From: Trichoplax adhaerens | Taxonomy: Eukaryota > Animalia > Placozoa | Assembly: GCF_000150275.1 (NCBI RefSeq) | Contig: NW_002060948.1 | Coordinates: forward strand, 2,844,180 to 2,908,179 | Reading direction: 5' to 3' | DNA: 64,000 nt | In this document: piece by piece, positions 14,201-27,265 of the stretch | Numbering within the stretch: position 1 is the first letter of the stretch | Layout of the letters: each line of letters starts with the position of its first letter | The notes under the pieces: generated by a model | The model's database searches: none | What the model was told of the DNA's origin: nothing | The model's input: only the letters and a program-made list of their open reading frames with translations | Made by a program: the position numbers and the translations under genes

Positions 14201-17200
14201 ACTAAATACATGTTTCAAAAACTGGAGGAGATAATGTTATAAGAAATTTAAACCTATTACCATTGCTATCAATGGAAAATGACTTGTAAATAATAAATAG
14301 GCTACTAAATAGATTACAAAGATTAGAGAATTCTTCAACAGAACTATTTTGGCAAGGAAATGGACACTGACGAGCATTGAGCGTAAAACGTTTTACTTTT
14401 TCATAGGAATTTCATCCGTACAAAAGTAGAGTTGTATTTCCAGCTGTTAGTAAGTGAATGTAATGAAACAATTAACGATATTTGGAAGCAAGTCATTAGC
14501 AAAGGTTATATTGGTCAACTGCAACTGGATATTGTGGATACTACTGGATTGGTATGCTAGATTGGTTCTATACATGTTCTTGTCTGTAATGTAAATTGTT
14601 AGTGATTTTGTCATGCTTGTCTGTTAATTTACAAAAGGGTTGCTTTAAGAATAGAATATGTATGATTCTAAACGCAGTACCAGAGGTTTAGATAAGCCTT
14701 CATGGATATCACTAATTGAGAGTTTTAAATGATGAAGCAGCAACTTTAAATTATTTTGGTAAATATGGTAAAATTGTTGTTGTGATCATAAAGTAAAATA
14801 TAGCATTTACACTTTAGTGGTGACGTAGTAAGTTACTGCAGTTAGTTTTTCGGCTTAGAATTACTACTTTTATGTAGTATAATTGCCACAACTACTCTTG
14901 CGACACAAGAAAACAACACAGTACTTATAATAAACTTTACGTTAATCCGCAGAACTACTTCCCTAGCCTACGGTATAGTAACTGGAATCCTTACGAAGTA
15001 CTAACTCGCTCAACACACTATACGATATAAAACTATCACACAACTTAGCCTTAAGCTGAAAATCCTTTTTATTGAACACAGTCCTTCTTCTATACTCTTT
15101 CAGTAGCTATAAACATATTTACTTTGATACCAACATATTTCAATAACAAACATGTTATTACGATTGAATTATCAAATACGGACATTCGAGGTAATAAACA
15201 ATTTCATACGTAAATCTACTTCGACTGTAAGCCCTGTCAAGCTCCTATGTTCTCGATACTTACTTGTAAGATATTACTATATCATCGTAATATCTTAATA
15301 ACTTAGGGTATTACTAAGAGTAACAATTCATAAAGTAGTAGTTCATACTTCTAAAAAGTTCAAAACAAAATGTTATCATAAACTACATTTCTATATCTAA
15401 GTTATTTTGATGACTGTGACAATAGTTTACAAACTTTAAGACTTCCTCAATTCATTTTAAAATAGAAAGCGAATACTATAGCTACTTTTTCTGTAATACT
15501 ACGAGTATTGCTGATAGCAAGCAATCCTAATAATTTGCTGAATTCTATAGCTTATACAAGTACAGAACGAATAATGCTAAGGCAAAATTACAGTAGTAGG
15601 TCTAAATCTACTCATATCTTCTATTCAAGCGGTATTTATACAGTATAATGATAACATCAGATCGATTGAATCTGTGCAGCTTTTACAATTATTATTATTA
15701 CGTTCATTTATTAATTATTGGAAAACAATTAAAAGGCGATTAATAAATCTTACGTATGGCTGATTTATACACCTTATAAAATACTCTTAACGTAGTTGAC
15801 GAAGAATTTGCTTAATAAATGACTCTTTTATCCTTTTTTAGAGAATTTTATTAATTTGATATTTATACTGAAACGTTAATAATGCAAAATAGAGCTAAAT
15901 TATTACCATAGTAAACTTTATAACGGACTAAATTTGGGAAAAATGAATAGTATGCTAGAGTACTGATATTTAATCTATTTATCATGCATGATTCACTGGC
16001 TATTTCCATTTAGATTACGTGGATAAATTATCCAACATCATTTCCGACAACACTGTCGACAGAGATGAACATAATTGCCACTTGGAGCACTAACATTACT
16101 GCAGAATCGGTTCTCTATCCTTTGTTACTTAGATCAGCAGAACAATTTGGAAATGGCTTTTCTCTAGCTGGTTCATTACTAATAATGTTTATCATTGTGA
16201 TCTGCAGGTAAATTCCTGGTAATAAAGCATACTATACGATAAACCTTTGCGGTTTCACAAAATCTTTTCTTTGTAGAAAAATTATATATTCAATCTTGCC
16301 CTTTGACACTATTAAAGTCGTAATTCACTTAGAATGTTATACAATATGTATGCAGAAAATGGACATATTAATATTTAACCTAGATTTTTACTAACATAGC
16401 TGGGTAACTATCCAATAGTTATTATTAAGTATTATCCTAGTAAGATATAACAAAACTGACCGAGATTTTAGCATGATTTTCTTTTTAGATTGTATGGTTG
16501 CTATATATTTATTATTTCTATTTCTATTTCTTGGGTTTGATCTACGCTGGAATATTAGAAAATTACGAAAAAGAAAAAGCAACTTAATTGTATGCTTATT
16601 AAGTTTTAGCCAATTGATTACCAATGCCTTAATATTACTCGATGGAAGGGCGAAACTTAGCAGCACAATTTGTCGCAGTATGGCTATCCTTATCCATTTC
16701 TTTCTGATGTCGAAAATATTATGGGTTGCTATTTTGGCTTTGCATTTTTATCTCGAATTAATTTATACTTCTATCAATGTCTTCATAACGGCTAAATTGG
16801 TACTAGTAGGAATAGGTTAGCGACTCATTACCCTAACGAAGTAATTTCGATACATATCCTAATCTAATGTTCGCTATTCGGATTAATTTTTATCAGCTAT
16901 ACCAGGTGTCATTGTCGCTATTTGTATGACTGTCAATAATATTAACGTTTACCATCTTCAATCTGATGGGCGGTAAGTAATTTCCATCTCTAAGAATGAT
17001 AGTTAGATGCTAGTGGTATAAGTATGCTCATTAATTTATGATAGTTATGAGAAAAGTTATAACTATACTTGGATGTAAAATAATATAAATTTATAATAAT
17101 TTCTTTAAAAATATCTAATTTAAATCATGTCATTATAATCATAGTTGTTGGATGAAGGAAAGTTTTTCAAAAGACTTTTTTCTGTACCCAATGTTTGGAG

Positions 17201-17463
17201 TTATTGCTGCCACTTTCATAGCATTTATTCTGATCATAATGAAAATTCGCTGTTTCAATGAGCGACGTTTTATTCCTATTTCTACCGCCAGATTGTTCGT
17301 ACTGGTGGGAGCGGTAGTTATTCTAGGACTATCGTGGCTATTTTCAAATTTGACTTTTATGACAATATCTGCCTCGAGGGATATTATTCAAGTTATATTT
17401 GTAGCCTTTACTTCAATTCAAGGCCTAATAATGTGCTATTTTTACTCTATTACTTATTTCTAA
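11256..17463 (+). CDS. Adhesion/secretin-like 7TM GPCR with SEA-like domain and no GAIN/GPS; paralog B, ~442 aa, 9 exons, no C-terminal tail
   Basis: Exons 11256-11304, 11571-11725, 11821-11882, 13493-13564, 14407-14551, 16014-16207, 16559-16815, 16897-16972 and 17145-17463 total 1329 nt in frame. Intron phases match paralog A, and three exons are identical in size (155, 62, 76 nt). Shared motifs NRPY, G(Y/F)IG, GNG.SL.G, KLRKRKSNLI, HFFL.SKI.W, CWM, TS.QG. Confidence 0.85.
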
Positions 17464-18523
17464 ATCACTAAAATTTGTCAGCATTCTTGTAAATTTCATA
17501 TTTAATAGGATGCTAATTTGGAGAGTTATTGATAGATCTGATATACTGTTATAGCTAAATTAAAAGACGTTAATACAGTTTTCATGTTGTAATTGTATTT
17601 ATTTCATTTTCGGCTGAGAGAGAAATGATAACCATATATTCATCTGGAATATTCTACTACTTATAAGTATGAGATGCTTCTTTAACGATAATGCAGAAAA
17701 TTGTTTCACACTTTTTTTATGCGGCCTGCATTCGCTTCAATTATATTATACACCTACTTAATTATCAGGAATCTAATGAAAGTGAATCTGTGTTGGGAGA
17801 TTTTAAATTTCTTGTGAATATAGACGTATCTGTCTAACGTTTTTCTGTGGATAGAACGGATAGTAACGAGTTCTCTGCATCCAGTGTCGGAAATAAATTA
17901 CAATTTTAAAGTAAACTTCTGATGTTATTGTGGTAATGATATGCTAACATTAAATACGGCATAAATTGGCAGCATACGGCCGTATGCTAGATGCACAGCC
18001 AAAAATCGATGTAGGGGAATATTCAACATACATGAAATATTTTACTGGGAGATGTCTGGCTGTATGTATTATAAAATAGTTCAATAATACGCTGGAATTC
18101 TAGTTACGGTAACTGGTTTGAATTTACGTCATCATCTAAACTAAATTGTCTTGCATTCACAACGCAAAGCTATATAAACGTTAACATAGAACAAAAACAG
18201 ATTGTTTTAAAGGTGATTATTCCAGATTTTATTTCGTAACTTGTCTAGTACCTGCTCTTAAATGATTACGATAGCATTTGTGCTCATGGCAACACATAAT
18301 CAAAATACAAGTGGAAGAATTACACTATTAGCCCACTTCTATACTTTTTTTTAGACCTATATAGCATTTATCTACTAATAATGAGGGAATTATGACAAAG
18401 CTAGTTTATGTGGTAAGGATCGAAAAGGATGGATGCCGATTATAATTATGATTTTTATAGGAATATGATCACGGAGGTATAGTTTAATTAATGTTGATCA
18501 TCACAATGGCGCATATGCGTCAT

Positions 18524-21500
18524 TTAACGATAAAGAAGAAAGGAAACTAGCAGAAGTAATGGTAGCAGGGTCCACACTTGCGTTTGGTTATGGTTCATAC
18601 CAACTGCTGCACCTGTTGTAGTTTTATTATGATCGGCAACAACTTTATCACCGTACTGGCTTAAAAATTCCAAGCAGACACCATTGGACCAACCGAAGCC
18701 CACCTAGATATTCAAAAATTTTAAATTAATCCTTGGAAAATTAATGTTAACTGCAATTTCTTTATCGAATTGACGGTATGAATTATTAGTTATTATCATA
18801 CTGTAATCAATGCCTAGATTGACATTAATCGAAGAATACCTGTACGTTGTATTCTCCACCTCTTCCTGGGTTACCAGGAATAGCAGCATCGAACTATTTG
18901 TATACAAATTTAATTGAAAAATATTCCAGTTACTTTATATCAAAGCCATGAAAGAACGTTATGACATTTACGGCTACAACATATTTACAGTTTTTTAGTT
19001 CTACTGACCTTTTCGTACATATAACCAGTCGATTTCCATGATCGCCAGTTTGTCAATAGCCATTTTTGAGCTAATTTGAAAGCTTCATCTTTTAATTCTG
19101 GTGCTTCACTTCCGGACATAGCTGCAACAGCCATTTGCTGCAATGGTGGCCATGAATTTGGATAATCCCATTGCTGGCCACTGCGAAGTAAAGTGGTTGG
19201 TATACCTCCAGCAAAATCGAAGATTTTCATCGCCTAGAAATTGATTTAGGCAAGATTGATAGCAATTATTGAGTCTAACAGTACCGTATACTATACTCGT
19301 ATAGCACATCGCTTATAAATTGATTTAAGCAAGATTGACACCAATTATATTATTGAGTGTAACTGTATCATATACTATGCGCGTATAATAAATCGTCTAC
19401 CAATTGATTTAAGCAAGGTTGATAAGACATTAAGATTGTAATGTGATTAATTAAATCTGCCACATTCGAACACTATTATTGCTTAGGGTAGTTGAGATTC
19501 ATCAACATCTTTTTACAATCGCCTCTGCAATCTACATCGAACTAAACTCAAACCAATGATCATAATATGCTTAATATTAATGAATTAAACAAATTGTCGG
19601 AATAGGCAACACACTTTATGATTATTCATTCTGGTAAAATGATAATATTAGAAAAAGCTAATCAGTGATGGCATTTAATATCTGTAATTTGTTCCTTGAA
19701 ACTAAATTAGCCATATTTATTACAATACACAGATGAATTCCTTTATCAAATGATCTTGTATAACAATTTTTACCTATAGATGACTCTCATGTGAATTTAC
19801 CTTAAGGGCTTGGTGGATTTTTCTTTCCTTGGTGACGTTACCCTTGAAAGAATCGTAACATTTTGCCCACATCGGTAGAAAAACTGAACCCATAAAATCA
19901 GTTCGCGGCTTTTTCGATAGTAAATCATAGTCTAGCCATCTTCCTTCGTATTCATCCCATAGTACACCTTCAATAGCATCACGGCGTGCTTCGCTAGCTC
20001 GCTTATACCTATCAGCCTTAGCATTATCTCCTAATAATATAGAAGACGATCTATTCAGCTTAAAATATCGAATAATGTCCTTCCTATGCAATGGTCTTTA
20101 TTATAATAATTTAAAGGTATATCTTATAGCATTTATATATTTAATGGAATGAATTAAATGATTACCTAGCATTCTACTAAATTTCTCTAAAGTTAATTCA
20201 TTAAAGCAAAGGATAGCATTTAGGTCAACTGGAATAATCTGCTTCGTTACTATGCTAGATAAATCTCCAATAGGTTTATTAAACCATCGACTGCTAAAAT
20301 CCCAACCACTTTCGGCAGCGGAAGCAATATCAGAATACAATTCTGCGGCTATTTGTAATCAATAAAATTGATGATGTATTAATATATTTATATATGGCAA
20401 CTATTTCAAGTAGTGATATAGAAGCATACCAGCATTGGGATTTAAATTCTTTGCAGTTTCGACGTCTTCCCGATACGATTCTGGCCTGAGTAATAAATGA
20501 AGAATTGTAAATAAACTTGTACGTATATATATAATTATGGTGGGTTTCTCCCTTCTCAGGTTATGCCGTATAAATTGATTACTACTTGAGTCTTTGCCAG
20601 GCAAAGTAATATTTTTATGATTGTAAATTAATTATAATTCTATAGTACATGATACTAGCTAACTAGATAGGGCTAGCGTTAAATTGCTACACAATGACGT
20701 TGCTTGGATATCGTTTGCTGTTTAAGTTATGACTCTAACGTAGAGATAGATATGCTACTTAGTTAGTGCTAGCGCTAAACTGCCACGCAATGAAACTGAT
20801 GTTGCCATCTCCTTGGACATCTTTTATTATTTGTAGGGTCATGACTGTAGTATAAAGTACTGGCTACCTAGTTTAGTGCCAGCGTTAAACTGCTACGTAA
20901 GGAAACTGATGTTGCAATCTCCTTGGATATCCTTTATTATTTACAGGGTTATAGTAGTAACGTAGAAATACCAGCTGCCTAGTAAGTTTCAGTATTAAAC
21001 TGCTACGCAACGAAACCGGGATTACCATCTCTTCGGATATCGTTTACTGTTTATAGGGCTATGATTGTAATGTAAAAATACTAGCTACCTAGTTATTCCA
21101 GCGTTAAAATGTAACGCAATGAAACTGATATTGCTACCTCCTTAGATATCGTTTATACTCGTAGGGCTATGATTGTAATGGAGAGATACTGGCTACCTAG
21201 TTATTCCCGGCGTTAAGCTGCTACGCAATGAAACTGACGTTGCATCTCTTTGAATATCGTTTACGATTTATAAGGGTTACGATCGCAATGGATAATGTCT
21301 GCCTGCAATTAATGATGTCCAGGATGGACATTAAAATGTCTTATGCCTTACCTTGGCATACCCATATCAACAGCATAACGATTAAGTGTATATGTCTTTC
21401 CGTTGCGTACGATATCAACAGTTCGGTTGTTCATCCAGAAATTGTATTCTTTTTCCATTTTTGAAAGCAAGCTTTGGACATAGCTAAGATCATTAGTTGC

Positions 21501-24500
21501 TTCATAATAGCTATTAATCATAGGGATAAAAAATGGGGGTTGACTTCTTCTCGTATAATAAATTCTACCACCATTGGGTACAAATCCAAATCTAATGGAA
21601 TGAAGTGAGAATATGTTTACATATGTTATGATTCCAGGATGAAAAGAAAAATTGTAGAAGATGACTACTTAGAAAATGGTACAGCTTAAGAAAAGCTATC
21701 ACAACTATTACTTGTTACAGTGTCAATTTTCCGTTTACCTATCAACCATAGCTTCGAAATTTCCAATCATAGCTTTAACTGTATCTTCCATATCGCTAAC
21801 TAATAAGCCACCAACAACCCAAAATGTATCCCTATACAAAACCAGAAAGTTATTATTTAATAAAATGTCTATATTGTAGTTCTGATGGAAGCAAAAATGG
21901 ATCATTTTGTGTTTATAAGTGATTTATTCTAATGAGATAATGTACCAGTAATAGAATTCTCGAAATCGTCCTCCTGGTACAACAAACGGATTTGGGACAT
22001 AAATTAGAGATGTTCGATTTTGATCTTCTTGTACTTCGTCCTTCATCTAATAGTTTTAACGTAGTATTGATTGCATAATAAAACATTGCTTATTAATACC
22101 TTTTTCAAAAGATTCACACATATAGCGTTATTTCCATAAATGTTTTAAGGTTTAATTCAATTATCGTAACTATTTAGAATTGTGGTACAATAATATTTTA
22201 AGTAAAATAGATATAGGTGAGATTTGAAAGTCTGAAATTAATTTCGCCTGTCATGCTCTCACTCTACGCAACAACTAATGGTCATAATACTAATGAAGAG
22301 AATAATGTCACTACTATCAATTACAATGTATAAAGACGTATGATTACGGTACAGTAAGCTACTAAAGTCAAGATTTATCTCGGGAATTACTCATTGACTC
22401 AACACAATTTATTAATATTTACCCTTCTTCCTAAAACTTTCCATAATTCATTTAAAGCTTTGGCAAATTTTTTAAACTCGCTGTCCTTAATTTTGTTCAA
22501 CACTGCGGGACTGTGCCAATAAAAATGTCATTAATTATCAATTTTTTTACGACGCATTATACAAGTATAAGAAAATTTCAATTTAAATAGAGCAAAAATA
22601 TTATGTGACGGAAACTCTATGCGAAAGTATGACAGCGTTTACTTTTCTTTCCAGTCTGTAGGTGTCCATGCTTCCAAATCTTGAGCAGGGTCTGAAAAAT
22701 ATTGCTTTACAAATGCTTTTATATCAGCATTCGGCGCTAAGTTTCGGAAGGCGGCTAGAATGTTAGCTAAGTTGGATTTTTAGTGAAAGTAAAATCAATT
22801 ATTTAGCGTTGCATATATTATAAATAAAGCCAGCAAATCTATCCAAGGGCTACTTGATTTTTATCCTTAATTTTAATTCGAATTTTAAAAGTATTATTAT
22901 CTCCTTTTAAGTAATTTTAACTTACGATATTGAATAGATATATCTTACAAAAATATTCTTATTATTGTATATAAGCCACTAAATCAACACAACTCTACTC
23001 ATCGATCGATAAATTGATATTACTAGGGGATGGATAAATTAATTAAAAACCATATTTACTTGGAGAGTCTTTCAATTTCATATCAACGAAAGATTTAGAA
23101 TCGTTGAAAATATAGGCATCTTGGGCTCGTCGGAGGAGATCACCATAGCAGAATATTTCGCTAATATAGAGAAATGTTTCCAATGTTACTTCTGCATGAG
23201 TAGTGAACCATGATAGTGTAAAAATGTTATTAAAAAAATGGACACGAGATGATGTTGCTGTAATAGAATGAATACGAAGCAATAGTTCGTTATGCTATTG
23301 CCCTACTCGATGAAATTATTCTATGATTAAATTGCTTCCGTTCTATCTCCGAATTGAACAGTCAAAAATTTTTAACTACCCCGAGGCTCCCTTCATACGC
23401 AGTTATGGTCTAAATTATTCAAAATTAGTACAACCAAATTATTTTCAGTTTTCTGTGTAGGAATGCTGTAGGATGAAAACTAGATTGCATGTGTTATAAA
23501 GGAAGGATTGAACCTATTGATACTAGTTAGCAACATCATCTTCAGCCTTGAGTGATATAACGTTTTTAAGTTTATGACCGTCACCATGACATGATTTAGC
23601 GGATTCTCCAGCTACATTAATCCTTTTACACGACCGTTAAACCTATTTCGTGGTCTGGTGAAAGTTATAAGGATAAAAATTTGTTCTGTATTGTCTGAGT
23701 AGTGCGTACTAACAGCATAAAAAGGCACTAATCTTCGGTAAAATTCTATGCATGTTCTTTAATTAATGCAACGCTTTGAAGTATTGTATTGTATTGTATT
23801 CGATATAAAATTCATGATTGCTCTGTCTTTACAACAACAACTTGCTTTCTTATATTAAGAAAGTTACTAGTAGCCTCCAACAGGTCGCAACTTATTAATT
23901 CCCATTCCATGTTTCTATACATTTAGGGACTAGATGCGGTATGAGGTGAAATACCAATTTTAGATAAATATTGTAGTTTATCAAATGGGAATCCGTTACA
24001 ATGGATGAAGTAGCTGAAACCAAACATTTTTAGCAACTAAATTGACAGACATGAAATTTTTTCCATAAAAATTTGATGTCGTAGACAAATTTGGGGGTCA
24101 GAATGGCAGTATGTTCGTTTTTAATTAATACATATTCAAGGGTTAATGAGGAGACAGTAAACTAAAAAAGGATGCAAGAGGGGTTTCCTGACCGATACAC
24201 CTAAACGGAAAGGCTTTTAGCGGTGGAGAATTTTTGATTTTGCTTTTCCGATCAGTTGACATTAGCCGTAATCAAAAATAAAATTTATGTGAGCTGTTTC
24301 TTGATTATTTTTACTGTACAGACTGCAAAAAAATTACTGAAGTTGTAAAATATTATCGCTCAGTGGTTCAATTTATTGTTATGTGCTGTAGTAGCCTTAC
24401 GATTAAGTATGATATACGTACTAGCCTTTCAAAATTGTTATAAACATCAAATTTTCAAGAATCAAATTAGAGCGCCGATGAAGACGGTTATTAGGAGGGA

Positions 24501-24699
24501 GAAATAAAAATGCAGTTACTGCAGCGGTTTTCGTACACATTGAATTAATTATCTTCAAAATCTACATGTAGTAGTATTTTCATCTAATTTACTTTGCAAT
24601 ACCTTACCTATCACAGGGTTTAGCATTCGGTGATTGTTGTGATACTACTCCTGTAATAGCTAAGCATAAAATACTAGCAAAGACCAACTTTCCAACCAT
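18524..24699 (-). CDS. TREH: Trehalase (GH37), secreted with probable GPI-anchor signal, ~588 aa, 13 exons
   Basis: Exons (minus) 24699-24608, 23160-23060, 22766-22643, 22510-22423, 22046-21946, 21831-21739, 21591-21352, 20485-20430, 20348-20166, 20030-19801, 19233-19009, 18893-18840 and 18703-18524 total 1767 nt. Motifs DSKSFVD, PGGRFREFYYWDTFW, NGGRIYYTRRSQPP, PRPESYRED, SAAESGWDFSSRW, QQWDYPNSWPP, GGEYNVQVGFGWSNG. N-terminal signal peptide and hydrophobic C-terminus. Confidence 0.95.
19233..19445. repeat. ~80-bp degenerate tandem repeat (~2.5 copies) spanning the 3' splice-site region of trehalase intron 10
   Basis: AATTGATTTA(G/A)GCAAG(A/G)TTGA recurs at ~19239, ~19318 and ~19402. TATTGAGT.TAAC.GTA...TATACTAT follows in the first two copies. 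Confidence 0.8.
20650..21310. repeat. Degenerate ~110-bp tandem array (~6 copies) in trehalase intron 7
   Basis: The unit C(C/T)AGCGTTAAACTGCTACGCAATGAAACTGATGTTGC.ATCTCCTTGGATATCGTTTA...TAGGG.TATGA.TGTAA.GTA.A.ATACT.GCTACCTAGTTA recurs at ~20673, 20769, 20879, 20989, 21098 and 21207. Confidence 0.92.
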
Positions 24700-26683
24700 T
24701 TTAATCGAGCTTCAGCTTCCACCCTAGAAAGAAGTGTGCGAACGAAGCGTTCAATTTTCAGTAGCAATCAACTGACTACCTATTGTCTTGAATACGAATA
24801 TAAATGGACTTTCGTAAGACAGTACAATATACGGATCAGTGAATGTTTTCAATTTATTTAGATAATATTGTTAATGTGTACCAGCTAATTATATCTTGCA
24901 GCTTTAATTGGCCTGAAGAATTGTTTCGACGAATATAAGCTTGTACGTACGAGTTCATAATATCATATAGCATTCGAGCTTGTGCAACGTTATTGACTGT
25001 AAATGTCCACATGATTTAAAGAATCATCTAGGCGGTTCTAATTGGGCACAACCAAGCCTTTCAGAAGCATGTTTACACATGATTTACATTGTATCATCAT
25101 TTAATTTCAAAGCTGATGGAGGCCAGTGTCCATCCTTTTTAATTTATTACATTATCGACTGAGTTTATCTTATTCTACCTATAATTTGCGATGCTTAAAC
25201 TATAACAATGCGATTATTCTTTATAATGCCCAATAGTAGTCATAAAAATTTTCCAGCTTATTCTTTCGACGTTAATTACAGTATCAAATACATCCATAAT
25301 GTTGATGGCTAGCTAAACAAACGTTATAGACATTGTTGTAGATGTCCAATAAGATTACCGTAGTGAACTAATATTTTTTAATATTTTAACTCTTTTTTAA
25401 GTGATTTGAACTCATCTTTTAAGTACATGTACGATCTGTTCTTATATATGGGTCTATCTATGAAGGTTTATATCCACTGTATAATACGCTAACGACTAGA
25501 TCTCCAATTATATATATATAGCTCGCTATACAGTAATGTTTAATTTGAGAATACAATAATCCATTAATGAACCGACACGCTAGTGTATCAAGTAATAGCC
25601 TAACTCTGATTGTAGCCATTGCGTTAATCGGTATAGTGAATTAATGTGATATTTTACTGTCTCTCTAAGTCACCCTTATATACTTATACTTCTTGCTTCG
25701 TATCCCACACATCGTTTGAGCTATACATTTTATGTCATTACTAGTTACCTGGCTAAACATGATAAATACATGTTTACCAATAAAAGGTTATTTAACCTTG
25801 AATATAGTAGAAAAATAGTTCGATAACCGACGTGCAAACATTTTAGATAATAATTTAATTCGCGGTGCGGTGTTGATCTGAGAGTAAACGTGATTAATTT
25901 GCCCAATTGCTTGCGTACCAGTAAGTTTTTATAGTACGCTTTGTTTGTTTTACGATGTCTTTGGCATTGCTCTTACTTACTAGCAATGTAGAAGGAATAT
26001 TAATAATATAATCAAAAATACTTTCTTTTAGCGAAAAGATACAGAACAAGTAATCCTTTCTGCAGCCACGAGCTGAATGTAATATCATCGTTTTTTGTTG
26101 TAAACGTGATTATTTCTCACATTTTTATCCACATGCGGCTGTTAATTTTTGTAGAGTAGAGCCAGCCCGCTGGTAGATTCAGTAATCCGATAGTAAGGAT
26201 TTGGTACAGAATATACCGTACTAAAAATGGGAAATAAGTAAGAACATACATTAGCTATCAATGTATTAAGGTGTAATATTGTAATCTGTATTAGAATTAG
26301 ATATTTATAGATTTTATGTTAGCGCTATGATGGATCGGTCGTGAGACTGTTGTTTAGCTGCGACGATTGGGCTCAGATTGGTGATACCTCAGGGCGAGAA
26401 TTTACCTACTTAGCGAGGTGAAGTTGTGAGCCCGGCGAGTAACCGGATTGGCTCCGAAAGGCCAAAACGAGAGCCAAGAGGAAGAAAATAAGGCGCTGCT
26501 AGTAATGGCCAAAAGTTTATAGTAAAATATTAATAAATGATAGTCCCTGTATGAAATATTTGTGCTAGAGTTTCGTTCAAAATATGTCGGAAAATAAGAT
26601 GGGCTCGGATCCTATAAAAGGGTGTTAGAGAGAGAGCTAAAGTAGCCTGTCAAATTTGCCGAGTAGAGATTACTAGACTATGT

Positions 26684-27265
26684 TGTTACGAAGTGTAGCT
26701 CCGTAAATTATAAATTAGGTAATAACAATTAAATTAACCCGGTTGTTTACCATTTTGGTAGGCAACCATGGGGCACTAGTACTGGTTGTTTACAATAATG
26801 GAGCAATCAACAAGGATTAATTATATGTAGCTAGATATAATATTGTTTAATATAGGATTAGCTTATGGGAGCGCACTGCTCCAATAATTAATTACATGTA
26901 TTGGTGCTGAGCTCAGGCTCGCTGATTGGCACCATAATTGGTTGTTTTTCATTAGTGTTGTTTACTATCCAAGCTCATACTAAGTCATATTAATTGTCCG
27001 GGAGTAATTCCCTATAGTAACTTATACAATTTGTGGAAGGAGCAATTTACTAGTATGCCCCACAAATGAGTGGGGATGGTATAAAAGCCCGAGCGAATTG
27101 CCATTCGCCGGCAGTAGTCGCTCCGGGCTAGGACGAACTAGTAGAGACTAGAAACCAAATCACAAGTGGGACTTGTGACATATGTAATAAAAGTTATTTT
27201 TATCCTAAGGCATTCAGTCCCAGCATTACTGTGAACCAGTAGTTCGGAAAAGCTTAGGAGTAACA
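26684..27265 (+). mobile_element. Solo-LTR-like element (~580 bp), possibly nested in or adjoining an older LTR-like fragment starting ~26317
   Basis: Begins TGTTAC (26684) and ends GTAACA (27265), a 6-bp inverted terminus. TATAAAAG at 27080 is followed by AATAAA at 27186, the U3-R-U5 order. GC is higher than in the flanks. No clean target-site duplication is seen. Confidence 0.5.

Noticed and set aside
14407-14551. TINDIWKQVISKGYIGQLQLDIVDTTG resembles the DIRAS/Ras switch region (TIEDTYRQVIS...LQITDTTG)
   Set aside because: No P-loop or NKxD is nearby. The segment is an in-phase exon of receptor B and aligns with paralog A exon 5 (IKEIWDKAMALGFIGNFEL), i.e. the SEA C-terminal helix and strand.
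20650-21310. Tandem array as CRISPR or hammerhead ribozyme repeats (contains GAAACTGATG)
   Set aside because: Whole units are homologous with no unique spacers, the context is a eukaryotic intron, and the CTGATGA-stem II-GAAA core is not formed.
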